In this document: one piece after another, positions 28,496 to 42,232 of the stretch | How positions within the stretch are numbered: position 1 is the first letter of the stretch | How the letters are laid out: every line of letters begins with the position of its first letter | From: Eledone cirrhosa | Lineage: Eukaryota | DNA length: 64,000 nt | Direction: 5' to 3' | NCBI GenBank assembly: GCA_964016885.1 | Contig: OZ024742.1 | Location: 335,358,001-335,422,000 of the forward strand | Translations under genes and position numbers: made by a program | The notes under the pieces: model-generated | Told to the model about the DNA's origin: nothing | The model's database searches: none | What the model saw: only the letters and a program-made list of their open reading frames with translations

Positions 28496-29303
28496 AAGTG
28501 TGGTGGATTGGCGGTATCGGTAGAGCGCCAGCATAGAGTTATGGCCCTTTACATTCTGAGTTCAAATCCCGCCGAGGTTAGCTTTGCCTTTCTACCTTAC
28601 CAGGTAGATAAAATAAAGTACCAGTAATGCACTGGAGTATATGCTGGTCTTGTTCCAAAAGTAGAAATACAATCTAGAGCGGTGGATTGGCAGTATCGGT
28701 AGAGCGTCAGACACCATGTTTTGCAGCATAGAGTTAAGGCCCTTTACGTTCTGAGTTCAAATCCCGCCGGCGTTAACTTTGCCTTTCATCCTTACGGGGT
28801 CGATGAAATAAAGTACCAGTAATGCACTGAGGTAATTGCTGGCCTTGTACCTAAAGTAGAAACATTATCTAGGAGGGTGGATTGGCAGTATTTGTAGAGC
28901 GTCAGACACCATGTTTTGCAGCCTAGAAGTATGGCCCTTTACGTTCTGAGTTCAAATCCCGCCGTGGTTAACTTTGCCTTTCATCCTTACGGGATCGATA
29001 AAATAAAGTACCAGTAATGCACTGGTGTAATTGCTGGCCCTGTGCCTAAACTAAAAACAATTATAATTTTCCAGTCCGTAATTTATTCACCTTGATAGTT
29101 CATCTACCTTTCATTATCAGTGGATTGGCAGTATCGGTAGAGGATCGGACGCCATGCTTTCCAGCATAGTTACGTCCCTTTACGGTCTGAGTTCAAATCC
29201 CGTCGAGGTTAACTTTACCTTTCATCCTTACGGGGTCGGTAAAATAAAGTACCAGTAATACACTGGGATAATTGCTGGCCTTGTGCCAAAAGTAGAAACA
29301 ATT
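28496..29303 (+). mobile_element. Cluster of four SINE copies (three directly tandem)
   Basis: Copies at ~28496-28670, 28677-28866, 28870-29062 and 29119-29303. Confidence 0.9.
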
Positions 29304-29598
29304 ATAAGCTATCATGACATCAATGTTACTACTGCTTGCTCTCATTATCTGCTAGGCGTTACATCATGGAACAACCACTAGCCCTTTTCTGGATTACCTA
29401 CTGGGATGCCGGAATTTGGTTCATTACCTGGAGTGCTTGGACTAAATTGAACTTAATGTCAAAGAAATTTGCCCTATTTCTATATATTAATTCCACTCGG
29501 TGGCATACCACATCTACACATCTATAATTCGAATAACGTTGTGTGCTTTCGCTTATTACCCAATAGTTAAACCATCCATCATAGACGGTGTATATAGC

Positions 29599-29768
29599 GT
29601 ATTACCTGAAGTCGAAGACGCTACTTTTCTCCTAAAATACGTCTAAAAAATCTACCATGCGGCCTGGACGCCGAAGGTTTTGCTTATTATTTTTTTTCAA
29701 ATTTTTGGTTGTCAAAATTAGGGTGCGTCCTCGACGACGAAGCGTCTTCGGCGCCGGGAAGTACGGTA
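29599..29768. mobile_element. ~170-bp MITE, Tc1/mariner (pogo/Tigger-like termini)
   Basis: Imperfect TIRs CGTATT.CC.G..G.CGAAGACGC / GCGTCTTCGGCGCCGGGAAGTACGGTA. An inverted second copy lies at 31931-32102. Confidence 0.7.
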
Positions 29769-29810
29769 CATATATATATATATATATATACATATATATG
29801 TGCGTGTGTG

Positions 29811-29854
<44 letters not shown>

Positions 29855-29914
29855 TAAAATCCCGACCGCGGCGCCAAGTGGTTGTTCTGCTTCTCCTCGG
29901 TCTCAGCACCGCAG

Positions 29915-29986
<72 letters not shown>

Positions 29987-30072
29987 GGAAAATTTGAACG
30001 GGAACAAAACAGAGAGGCAGTACAACGAATGTTTATTAGTTTCATGCTCTGGAGAGTGGGGTGGTGGTGGGG

Positions 30073-30106
30073 AACGACGTTTCGGGCATAAGCCCTTCTT
30101 CAGGTG
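30073..30106 (-). ncRNA. Minimal PLE-type HHR core at the 3' end of a probable PLE remnant (~29985-30850)
   Basis: CUGAAGA-AGGGC UUAU GCCC-GAAAC GUC; stem I is weak. Confidence 0.65.
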
Positions 30107-31669
30107 AAAAGTGTGTGGGAAGAGAGTTCAAAGGGTGTGAGGGGAGTGGTGGAGAGACATATAGCGAAAAGGGGGTGGGAGGAAACGGTGCGAATGAAAT
30201 TAAAAATAAAAGCATGATCAAAATAAAATAAAATTAAAATGGGGTAAAACAGGTGGTGGAAGGGTGTGGGGTGTGTAGGGGTGGTGGCGGGTGGAGTGGG
30301 GAGAGGGAGACGGGGTGTCCGAGCGGGGATGGCTGAAGGTGGTGTGTGTGTGTAGGTGTACGTGTGTGTGTGTGCGTGTATGTGAAAGCAAGGGATGGGG
30401 GAAGAACGGGGTTGCATGTTCACGAAGAGGTGTGTGTGGGGTGGGGTGTATGTCGGAGTGTGTGTGCGTGTGTGGATAGAGGGGTGGAGCGAGAGGAATC
30501 CGGAGGCTGAAGGTGTAAATATGTGGTAGAAAGCACGTGTGTGTGGGGTTTAAGCGTGTTGTGGGTGTAGGTGGCGTGTGGGAAAAAATATTTTTTGGGG
30601 TGTTTGTGTGGGTGAGTTATAAAGGTGATTCCGTAAGAAGATGTGGTTGAAAGGTTGGTAAACTCCTAGGATGGTAGTTGATTCCGCGGTCAAGCTCCAC
30701 ATACGAGTAATCCATGGAGAGATGGTCGGAAGAGGAGAGATGTGGGGTGCGCGCGCAACAGGAAGTGGTCAAGGCGGTAGGAGTGCTGTGTGTCTGTGTG
30801 TGCTGGGAGGTGGTCAGAGGGCATAGCAGCAGTCGGGTGGAATGGTAAAGGGGCGAGGATGGGTAGGTGTGAAAGTTGGAGTGAGGAGGGTGTGCGTGTG
30901 TATTAGTAGAGGTATTAGTGGGATGAGTGAGTGTGGAGAAAGGGTGTGGGTGGAGCGGGGAGAGAAGAGTGTGGGGGTCGATGGAGAGAGTGTGGTGTAC
31001 TGGTGTGTGTGTAGTTTAATGAAGGGGTGTTAGTGGGTGTTAGTATACGGGAGGTGGAGAAAGGGTTGAATGCAGGTGTGAGTGGGGGTTAGTGGTGGTA
31101 GGGTGTGTAGAGTTGGTGGTGTACGAGGGTGTGTGGGTACGTGTGCGTGGGGTTGGGGGTGTTAGTGATGTTAGTTGCGTGTGGGGTGGGTGGTGTAAGT
31201 GGGTGCGTGTGTTCGTGTGCTTGATATATACATATATATATATATATATATTTGTGTGTGTGTGTGTGTCTGTGTCTGTGTGTGTGTTTGTGGGGGGGGG
31301 CGTGTGTGTATGTATGTATATATGTGTATATATGCTTGTTTGTTTAGAACGTTCTTATGTATGTGTGTATGTGTCTGTGTGTGTTCTACTATAATCATAT
31401 AACGTTTAGTTACACATTTATACATGACAGTATTTACAACCAGGTTTCCGGTTTATCAATCAGTTATGTTTTCCACCCACCAGTTCTCAGTAAATATATG
31501 TTAATATATTTCCCTGATATTGGCCTCTGGAAATGTTAAGTGGAACCAGGCAACAGTTTATTTCCATTTTTTTCTTTGAATATATTTTTTCCCTCGTACT
31601 CAACCCTTTGGTTATATGATACAAAACTGTTTGTTTTAAAAAGTTTATATTCATCTTAACACCATCCAT

Positions 31670-31858
31670 TATGGATTGGCAGTAATGGTAGAGGGTCGGA
31701 CGCCATGCTTTGACTTATAGAGTTACGGCCCTTGCCATTCTGAGTTCAAACCCCGCCGAGGTTAACTTTGCCTTTCATCCTTACGGGGTCGATAAAATAA
31801 AGTACCAGTAATGCACTTCGTAATTGCTGGCCTTGTGCCAAACGTGGAAACAATTATA
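31670..31858 (+). mobile_element. tRNA-derived SINE
   Basis: Family consensus. Further copies at 34778-34968 (-), 36515-36703 (+, TSD ATTATTAATAGTATCA), 44000-44191 (-) and 47878-48042 (-); diverged relatives at ~41085-41240, 48260-48330 and 59060-59190. Confidence 0.9.
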
Positions 31859-31930
31859 ATTTCATGTAAGAACCTTTGTTAAGTTATGTTCCAAACACCA
31901 ACTTAATAATGAGAAAGTTGCTTATGTAAC

Positions 31931-32102
31931 TACGGTATTTCTCGGCACCGAAGACGCTTCGTCCGCGAGGACGCACCCTACTTTTGACAAACAAAAATTT
32001 GAACAAATAGAATAAACAACCTTCGGCGACCAGGACGCATGGTAGATTTTTGAGACTTATTTTAGGAAAAAAGTAGTGTCTTCGACTCCGGGAAATACGA
32101 TA
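31931..32102. mobile_element. MITE, second copy
   Basis: TACGGTATTTCTCGG...CCGGGAAATACGATA; reverse-complement homolog of 29599-29768. Confidence 0.72.
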
Positions 32103-32813
32103 AATACACATCAAATTCTGGGTTATATTTTAGACCGATTTGAAATTTATAGTCAGTCTTTTATTAGAAATATGATATCGAAGATATTAAAATATATATA
32201 TTTATATGTGAATTTCGTATATCTAAAGATATTCGGGATGTTTGATAAATAAACATTTTAAAAGTCCAGCTATAAATAGAAGGCTGACGTCCAGCGCCGT
32301 CTAGCGGAATTCAGCAGAAGCAACAGGGGATAATTGTCTATGCATGTCGAACTTAAAAGTTCTCATCAGGACAATGCTTCCCCCTGCTGACTGCTGGACT
32401 TTGAGATAGGTGAAAATATATGTTTATATATATTTACCTTTTATCAAGTTATATTCCAAACCCTAGCTTAATAAGGAGAAAGTTTGTTGTTTTACTAAAT
32501 CTTTCCACATGCTTTATTCTTTTCAACTTGATTTGAAAATCATAGGTAGTGGATTTCATTAGAATATGGTAACAGAAGAGTTAAATAAATAAATACAAAT
32601 TTATTTTATAATACTATTCCCTCATATCTGCTGATTTCTTCAATCGATAGAGATTAATCTGCTTACAGCAGTTTGTTTCCTTTCCTAACAAGCTTATCTT
32701 ATACCTAGATATGCACGCAACGAGGTGTTTTAGAGTCGATGGTTTTTTTCCTTAAAGTCTTCAGTTTGGGAATGGTGTGACACAGAGACACATTAATATA
32801 GTCTTTAACCAGA

Positions 32814-32893
32814 TTACAGCTTGTCAAACAGGAAAGCTGGGCTTAGGTCCTTTCTAACGATAATGTTCTCAATGTGTATGTGCATGCGTACAT

Positions 32894-32962
<69 letters not shown>

Positions 32963-33062
32963 TGTACACATATATATATGGAATGTACGCATGCACATAC
33001 ACATTGAAAACATTATCGTTAGAAAGGACCTAAGCCAAGCTTTCCTGTTTGACAAGCTGTAA
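32814..33062. repeat. ~80-bp inverted duplication flanking a (TA)n tract
   Basis: 32814-32892 is the reverse complement of ~32983-33062 with a few mismatches. Confidence 0.9.
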
Positions 33063-33241
33063 TATATATATATATATGTGTGTATATATATATATATGTG
33101 TGTGTGTATATATATATATACATATATATATACATATATATATATATACATATATATATATTTATTTATATTTATATATTTATTTATATTTATATATATA
33201 TATATATTTATATTTAATATATATATATATATATATGAATG

Positions 33242-33337
<96 letters not shown>

Positions 33338-33357
33338 AATATATATATTTATTTATA

Positions 33358-33423
<66 letters not shown>

Positions 33424-33424
33424 T

Positions 33425-33528
<104 letters not shown>

Positions 33529-33545
33529 GAATGTATGTGTGTATG

Positions 33546-33581
<36 letters not shown>

Positions 33582-33879
33582 AGGCCATCAATTACATTAA
33601 CTTCAACGTAAACAAATCTACACCAAACCTGTGTTGTCCACAAACACATTCAAACGTGAACCATAATCCCACAATCAACTCACTAAACACATACCACACT
33701 TGACAAATTAAAATACAAACACATCTTTCAAAACCCTGTCCCAGCCCTCCCAACCACTCCGCCATAAACCTACACAAGTTACTGGCATGCAGGCAGCGGA
33801 TGTCATTATGCTGCTTCTGTTGGGTTGTTAAATCTATCCATCTTTCTATCAATCTAGCTCCCTCTGTTTCTCTGTGCCA

Positions 33880-34170
33880 CGCCCGCTGCATCTTTGTGTC
33901 CTTTACCTTCTCGATTGGGTTCTACCAACAGGTTACCGGGGTGGCCATGGGCACAAGAATGGGCCAACCTATTTGTCGGCTACGTTATGTTCCAAATCTT
34001 TTCTCAATACACCGGGTCCCATCTCCGAGCTATCCGGCCGTTACATTGACGACTGCATAGGCACCATCTCAGTCATCCAAGAACAGCTCATTTCTTTTCT
34101 CTCTTTCCTCTGCTCCTTCCACCCTGCCCTCAGCTTCACCACCTCCATCTCCACCCCCTCAGTCACCATC
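33880..34170 (+). mobile_element. Degenerate Penelope-like RT fragment
   Basis: FYQQVTGVAMGTRMG(P) followed, after a frameshift, by RYIDDCIG...FL..FHPALSFT. Confidence 0.85.
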
Positions 34171-36220
34171 GACACCTCCCATCGCTCACTCATCATATCC
34201 GCCTTCATTAAAACAACAACGGAAGGCCAGACTGGAAATTTACTTTAGAATTTTAATCCCGCGAAAGCATTATACATATTTCGATGGCCTAGCCACGGGA
34301 TACCACATCTATGATGGATGATTTATATAACGTTGAGTGCTTTAATTAATTTATTGCATCATCGATTACCAACTGGAACCACCAGTTCTACCTATTGGTA
34401 ATCAGCCTAACATAAATTATATATATAGGGGGGGGGGGGGGCTTTTTTGCCTATGATATAAACCATCATTTAACGTTGTTATATTAACGTTGAGCGTTAA
34501 AATGGTAAAGTGTCGACTTAAACTCCATATTGTATCATTTAGTTACCTCCCTTTATATTCTGAATTCAAATACTGATGGAATCACTCGAGTAATTAACAG
34601 TCCAGTACCGGTTCACCTTAATCTGCTACACTGCTTCTCTCACATGTATTCTTGTGGTCATTGTTCCATACCATCCGTCAATGGACCCTTAACTCCTCGT
34701 GTAGTCGTATGGACGCCCTCACGACTTTCAGCGTGTCTTGAGCATTTAAACTTGAAGGAGCTCGTCCGATGCCAAGTAATAATTGTTTCTACTTTTGGCA
34801 CAAGGCCAGCAATTATCCAGTGCATTACTGGTACTTTATTTTATCGACCCCGTAAGGATGAAAGGTAAAGTTAACCTCGGTGGGATTTGAACTCAGAATG
34901 GCAAGGGCCGTAACTCTATACGTCAAAGCATGGCGTCCGACCCTCTACCCATACTGCCAATCCACCGCCTTTTGTTGCCAAGTAATAATGTAACAGATTT
35001 CTTCTTGATAATGTGAGAGAAAAATGTGAGGAGATGAAAAATGTGAGGTACAGAGAGTCAGTATAGATACCTATATCTTTCCGATGTTCTAACGACTCGG
35101 TTAATTTGTAGCATATGTGGCCATTGTTACAAATGGAAATTATTGTAATTATTGTTGTTGTCGTTTTTGCAGGTGATGTTTTTGTTGTTGTTGTTGTTGT
35201 TGTTGTTTTTGCAGGTGATGTTTTTGTTGTTGTTGTTGTTGTTGTTTTTGCAGGTGATGTTTTTGTTGTTGTTGTTGTTGTTTTTGCAGGTGATGTTGTT
35301 GTTGTTGTTGTTTTTGCAGTTGATGCTTTTGGTGTTGTTGTTGTATTGTCCACTTTACTATATGGAGTTGAAACAGACATTAACAAAAATATTATCTAAT
35401 AGATTAGAAGACTTTTTAATACGTGAATGTACAGAAGACATTTGGGAATATCGTCGACAGAACAGCAAACCAATTATAACATACTAAAAATGGCAAAAGC
35501 TAACAAACATCTATTAGACACCATCAAAGTGAGAAAAGTAAAAGAATAAACGAATAATCCTATAGTTCTTAAGTTCTCATGAGAAACAAATTCGAGATTT
35601 AAAACTTAATATCTGTATGTGCTTCCAGTGTTTCAGCTGCAACTCACTAAAAATTTGGTTGGCGTATCGTGGCCGAATAGTTAAGATGTTCGGTTTGCAA
35701 TCATAATGGCTGAAGTTCTATCTCACGAAGTATTTTTCCAGCAAGTGTCTTTAACAAAGTCTCAGGTCAATCCAAGCTTTGTGAGTAAAATTGGATAGGC
35801 GGAAACTGTCTAAAAGCTCGTCAGATGGACTATACCTGTAATTCAAAAGGCCAGCTATGTCGCGCTGATTCTCTGAGAATTACGTTAAGGATACACATGT
35901 CTGCGGAATACTCAGCCACTTGTACGTTAATTTCTTTCACTGGCTGTACTGTTGATCGAACAACTGGAACACTCGGTGTCGTAATTGATGGAAGTCCGAG
36001 AACAAGTGTCTATATGTTTGTCTGGGTGTTCGTGTGTTACTCTGATGATATACGTACGGTAATAGCGCATTACACTATAGTGGATTGCATAACAATCTAG
36101 ATTTTGCAGGTCGTTACGTAACTGCACTGAAACACGTGTCAGTAAATCTCCTGCATCAATAAATTATTCTTCAATCTTCAGCAAGCCTTGCCTAATTTTT
36201 ACTTTTTTCCTGAATATATT

Positions 36221-36321
<101 letters not shown>

Positions 36322-36875
36322 GGTGTGTGTGTGTAAAAGGTAAACAGAAATAACAACATAATCAGTACAGTATATAGAAGGGATATATTAGGTAAACGCT
36401 TGATATAGCAGGAAGAGGGTCTTAAAAATTGGTATCTTTCACTTCAAAATATTTAAAAAGAGCTATTTCATTGTAAAAGACTGCCTGAGTATTGAACTCA
36501 TTATTAATAGTATCAGGGCGGTGAATTGGCAGTATTGGTAGAGGGTTGGATTATGCTTTCCAGCATAGTTACGTCCCTTTACGATCTGAGTTCAATTCCC
36601 GCCGAGGTTAACTTTGCCTTTCATCCTTACGGGGTCGATAAAATGAAGTACCAGTAATGCACTGGGTATTTGCTGGCCTTGTGCCTAACGTAGAAACAAT
36701 TATTAATAGTATCACTGCTCCTTGTTGTAGAGCTAGCTTTAGCCCCATATAAAGGGCTGTTATTTCTAGCAGCACGAGTATGCGGCAGCTAGACACTGGA
36801 TAACCATGTGTGAAAAACCATGTGCGTTAAACAGTCTTTTTAAATATTTTGAAGTGAAACATACCAATTTTTCTA

Positions 36876-37003
36876 GTGCTTGCTGAGGAGATCTAAATGC
36901 GGTATTTTTTCACTTTTTCATTTTTCGAAACTTATTTGGATTTTAAGGTTTAAACCTGTCTACGGAACAGGTTTGATTTTGAAATTTAAATTTGTCCAAG
37001 CAC
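36876..37003 (+). ncRNA. Type I HHR with ~30-bp extended stem III
   Basis: GUGCUUG-CUGAGGA-GA...UC-GAAAC[long hairpin incl. UUAAACCUGU/ACAGGUUUGA]GUC-CAAGCAC. Confidence 0.75.
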
Positions 37004-37175
37004 CACGGCCATTTGCCAATATGCTTTGTTTTTATTGATTTATTATTTTAAATCGAGACAGGCAAACTGTATTATTATAATTAGTATTTTTCAATCTAGC
37101 TAACTTGGTCATTTACAATACAAACACTGATATGTTGGTATTTGTGTTTATCAAATATATTAATTTATATTAACT

Positions 37176-37236
<61 letters not shown>

Positions 37237-37238
<2 letters not shown>

Positions 37239-37436
37239 CGAAGGAAATGTGGTAAGGAACCAGATGGACCATAATGCACCAAAGTACTCAATACTTAGGG
37301 TAGTAGAGTGGGTAATAGGAACAAGTATGACCCCGACGGCAGAGCTCAAGCCGTTTCGACGGCTAATTCTGGACTAATTTAGTCCAGAATTAGCCGTCGA
37401 AACAGTTTGAGCTCTGCCGTCGGGGTCATACTTGTT

Positions 37437-37440
<4 letters not shown>
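37237..37440 (-). mobile_element. ~200-bp fold-back element (half-HHR family), copy A
   Basis: Arms ~37319-37377 / 37381-37438 plus an 80-bp tail, in (TA)n. Family copies at 54522, 60190 and 60460. Confidence 0.88.
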
Positions 37441-37470
<30 letters not shown>

Positions 37471-37486
37471 CAAGTATGACCCCGAT

Positions 37487-38001
37487 GAATAGTGTGCTAT
37501 ATATAATAACGCACATGGTATCTTAGAGTGTCTCACAAACTTACACCACTAAAAATAGCAGCCAATACCTTTGATATATTCGGCACCGTTAATTTGTTGA
37601 GCTATTTCAAATGTCGAATAAATCTGGCTGCTATTTTTAGTGGTGTAAGTTTGTGAGACACACTAAGATACCATGTGCGTTATTATATATAGCACACTAT
37701 TCAGTTGCTTGATATAGTTAGAAGTGTCTAGGATACTAATTCTTCACCCACTGATGAGCAAGAATTGGTATTTCTATTCACAATTAATATTGCGAAACAG
37801 CACCAAGAGCTGTCTGGGTGATTGGTAGTTACCACAATTCCGGTTTGTATTTATTTTCTGGATTTTTTCTTAAATTGAGACAGGCAAACCCTATTGTCTA
37901 TAGTTAGTATTCTTTTCACTTTAGCGAATCTGGTCCCTTGCGATTTGAACACATATATGTATATATCTGTGTTCGTTTTTCTTTTATATTCAATTATAAT
38001 T

Positions 38002-38003
<2 letters not shown>
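37487..38003 (+). mobile_element. Fold-back-headed HHR element related to ~36750-37175
   Basis: Inverted arms ~37487-37564 / 37625-37703, then an HHR, then a 3' region homologous to 37045-37140, ending in (TA)n. Confidence 0.75.
37745..37820 (+). ncRNA. Complete type I hammerhead ribozyme
   Basis: CACCCA-CUGAUGA-GCAA...UUGC-GAAACAGC ACCAAGA GCUGUC-UGGGUG. All three stems and the core are canonical, with a GUC cleavage triplet. Confidence 0.88.
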
Positions 38004-38033
<30 letters not shown>

Positions 38034-38036
<3 letters not shown>

Positions 38037-38713
38037 CCGTTCCTGGGACTTTTAGTCCTAGGAAAGGAAAATGCTTTCTGATGATCTAAACTTTTCCATT
38101 GGAAGTCCCTAGGGATCTCCAATCTTTTGTAAAGTGAAACCGTCGGTAAAAGCAAAGGGAATGGGTAAATATTTAAATTATATTTTTTAATTTATTTTAA
38201 AAAATTGTTTGAATCTTGCTTGCTCCGCTTATCTCAATTTTATAGTTCTGGTATGTCAAATTAATACCTTAGAACAACCCTTGTATCATAGACACCCTAT
38301 ATATTTCCAGGGGTACTTAGTACCTGTGGGGATATTAACCTATTTTAATATACTCCGTTATGTAGAGAACAAATCTGTTGTTCTATTTAGCTGCTATTTT
38401 TAGTGGCGAGGTAGACAATGCGTCTATGTTTACTTCCGCTTCTACTACGGGCTGGTCATGCATAGGTCAAATTTTCGGCCCCATTCGATCCTGTGCTAGC
38501 TGGCAGGTGGCAATATATTTTGCTGTTCTTGGGACTTTTTGTCCTAGGAAAGGAAAATGGTTTCTGATGATCTAAACTATTCCATTGGAAGTCCCTAGGG
38601 ATCTCCAATCTTTTGTGAAGTGAAACCGTCTGTAAAAGCAATTGGAATAGGTAAATATTTAAATTATATTTTTTAATTTATTTAAAAAAATTGTTTGAAT
38701 CTTGCTTGCTCCG

Positions 38714-38718
<5 letters not shown>
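38034..38718 (+). mobile_element. Retrozyme-like element: two ~200-bp direct repeats each with an HHR, 486-nt period
   Basis: 38034-38232 is approximately 38520-38718. HHRs at 38072-38154 (UGCUUU-CUGAUGA...GAAACC GUC GGUA-AAAGCA) and 38558-38640; flanked by (TA)n. Confidence 0.8.
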
Positions 38719-38775
<57 letters not shown>

Positions 38776-40079
38776 TTATGCCTGTAATTCAAATGTCCTG
38801 CCGTGTCACTCACTAGGCGATGATGAATCTCCCGTAGAAAGACGTTAAAGATACACATGTCTGTAGACTTCTCAGCCATTTGCACGTTAATTTCACGAGC
38901 TGGCATTCTGTTGGTCTAACAACTGGACCACTTTCTGTCTGGAGTGACAGAGGTCCAACATCCACAACAAGTGCCTCTGTGTATTTGTGTGCATATATGT
39001 AGGGGGTCTGTGTATGTGTGAGTCTGTGTGTGTATTTGTGTGTGTATGATTGTGTGGGTATGTGTTTGTGTGTTTGTGTGTGTTTATCCGTTTCATTGAT
39101 CGATCAACTAAAACACACGTAGTCGAAACTGACGGAGGTCCATTCTATCCCTTCCATTCCACTAACAATTTGTCTACAGCCTAGTAGCTATGATTCCGTA
39201 TTTTTGTTATTTTTTTCTTTTACTGTTCTGCTTTATTCTTTTTGTCCAATTCTTTGAGCAAACAACAAGAAGGAATGAGAAGGTTGGTTAAAGCAACTGA
39301 AATCTCCAGACAGACAAGATAGGAAATGTTGAGATGATAGCCCTTAGGAAAATTATTAATGATAGATCTGTTTAAAAGAAATACTTCTTTATTATTCCCC
39401 CTCTCCCCGTTCAAATGACTGTGCATAATTGTAACTGGAAGTAAGAGAGAATGAAATGGTGTAGTAATTTATTTTCCTTCAATTTTTGTCTTTGTTTTGT
39501 TTTGTTGTTGTTTTTTTTTTTTGTTTTCTGTTGTTTTTTGTTGTTGTTTTCACGTCAGCAAATTTGTTGTCTGAATGAATCTCAGCAAAAGGAAACTAAA
39601 ACGAAATGTTACTCACGTACAGACACACTACTACTCAAACACACATACACACACACAGAGGCAAACTCATACTCTGATATACACCACCCTCCACTCACAA
39701 GCACACATAAAACAGACATAAGCAAGCTCATATGGTTATATTGGGTTATGTATATACATACATATATATATATACTTCAAAAATATCTGCCTGTATATAT
39801 CTGTGTGAGTGCGTGTGGAGTATATGTATATGTATGTGTGTCCTTATATGCGTGTGTCCTTATATACGAGTGTGTCCGTATTTGCGCGTGTCTATTTTAG
39901 ATCGGATTCTCTCTGGTTAAAGGGAAGTAAAAGAAAAAAGAGGCGCCATTGTAAATCACCAGCTATTAGCAATCGTCACCATCACACAATTACAATTACT
40001 GCCATCACCACCACCACCCCAGCAAGCAACACCACAACACCACTATCACATACACTACCACGACGAAAATCTCCAACGT

Positions 40080-41030
40080 GAACAGCACTACCACAAACAC
40101 CACCGCCACAAACACCACCACCACAAACACCACCGCCACAAACACCACCACCACCAACACCACCGCCACAAACACCACCACCACCAACACCACCACCACC
40201 AACACCACCGCCACAAACACCACCACCACAAACACCACCACCACCAACACCACCGCCACAAACACCACCACCACCAACACCACCGCCACAAATACCACCA
40301 CCACAAACACCACCACCACAAACACCACCACCACCACAAACGCCACCACCACCACAAACACCACTGCCACAAACACCACCGCCGCCAACACAACCGCTAC
40401 AAACACCCCCACCACAAACACCACCACCACCACAAACACCACAAACACCACCGCCACAAACACCACCACCACCAACACCACTGCCACAAACACCACCACC
40501 ACACACACTACTAACACCACCACAAACACTACTACCACCACCACAAACACTACCAACACCATCACAAACACTACCAACACACACTACCAACACCACCACA
40601 AACACTACCAACACACACTACTAACACCACCACAAACACTACTACCACCACCACAAACACTACTAACACCACCACAAACACTACCAACACACACTACCAA
40701 TACCACCACAAACACTACCAACACAAACTACCAACACCACCACAAACACTACCAACACACACTACCAACACCACCACAAATACTACCAACACACACTACC
40801 AACACCACCACAAACACTACCAACACACACTACCACCACCACCACACACACTACCAACACCACCACACACACTACCAACACCACCACAAACACTACCAAC
40901 ACACACTACCACCACCACCACACACACTACCAACACCACCACACACACTACCAACACCACCACAAACACTACCAACACACACTACCAACACCACCACAAA
41001 CACTACCAACCTTAACACCACCACAAACAA
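40080..41030. repeat. CAC/AAC-rich minisatellite (15-bp AACACCACCGCCACA units, then CACTACCAACA units)
   Basis: Direct inspection; it explains the NTTAT ORF. Confidence 0.95.
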
Positions 41031-41619
41031 GAGCAAGCTGATCAGATACTGCAAAGCTTTCTGTCCAACTCTTTAACAACTCCACCAATCCACTACCTCT
41101 GGATTGTTATTTTATTATTCGACCTTGAAAATGATAAAGTGCAAAGTTAACCCCAGCCGGATTCGAACTCAGATCGCAGAGAGCCGGAACAAATACCAAG
41201 TCATATAATGGGACACCCTAACGACTCTACTATTTAATCCGACTCCGCAACGACTCTGCTAATTCTCTTCAATAAGTTACAATAAACAATGTAAAACTTC
41301 ATGCGTCAGCACATGCTGTACACCAACCACACTTACAGACCACCAGCATACCGAAAGAAACATTCTAAAAGTAAAAGATCATCTGGACATGCAAGAGGAA
41401 CAGTTGGTTTCCTTGGCACACACCCCATTTCTTGTAGTTCACCTTACTACACGAAAAATAACCACATCCAAACACCCAGCACCTTCAGAATACTACAACT
41501 AATCCTAACCCTTCTTCTTCTTCTTCTTCTTCTTCTTCTTCTTCTTCTTCTTCTTCTTCTTCTTCTTCTTCTTCTTCTTCTTCTTCTTCTTCTTCTTCTT
41601 CTTCTTCTTCTTCTTCTTC

Positions 41620-41795
41620 AGAAGCAACCGTTTCCAAATGATCCGGCTAGATACCCAAGCGTGATCAACCAAGCTCATGGAGGTTATCCAACTCCTCTTT
41701 CCTCTTCATCTTGCTCGGAGTCTACCCTTGGGTCTCTTACCAATTGGTTTTGCCCATAAAATCTGTCCAGCGATTCTTTCCTGAGACATTCTAAC
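41620..41795 (-). mobile_element. RTE 3' fragment beside a (CTT)n tract
   Basis: Homologous to 2009-2173. Confidence 0.7.
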
Positions 41796-42232
41796 CCTAA
41801 CATCCTAAAATCAATATCTCTCCCACACAGCCCAGACAAACATGAGGAACATATACAAACAGAAATAGCTACAACATCAATAGCTTCACTGGCCCAGACT
41901 TTTGTGTTAGGATGCACATAGGAACAGTGCTACTATTAAGGCTGTCACCCTTGGTGTATAACTGAACCTTAAAAGATCACAGTTTTGTACAAATATCTAT
42001 GTTTAAAGTAAATATACAATAAATAAATCAATAAATATAGTTTCCGTTTAGAGCGTTGTGGAAATATACAAAGCGGTGGAATGGGTCGTAACAGAATTTG
42101 GCGTGGGTTTGTGTAAACTATGTAGTGGAAAATGCAGGCTTAATAATTTTCTTTGAGCAGTCAAAACAAGACTTGTAAAAAACTAGGTTTGTCAGCTTGT
42201 CAAACAGTAAATTGAAATTATTTTATTTGGAA

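Noticed and set aside
40078-41076. 332-aa NTTAT-repeat ORF and GGGVC antisense ORF
   Set aside because: Minisatellite lacking stop codons by composition.
41337-41364. Possible 28-nt minus-strand micro-exon (TTTTACTTTTAG ... GTAAGT)
   Set aside because: Splice-like signals alone are expected by chance in 64 kb; there are no partner exons or recognisable peptide. RNA-seq would be needed.
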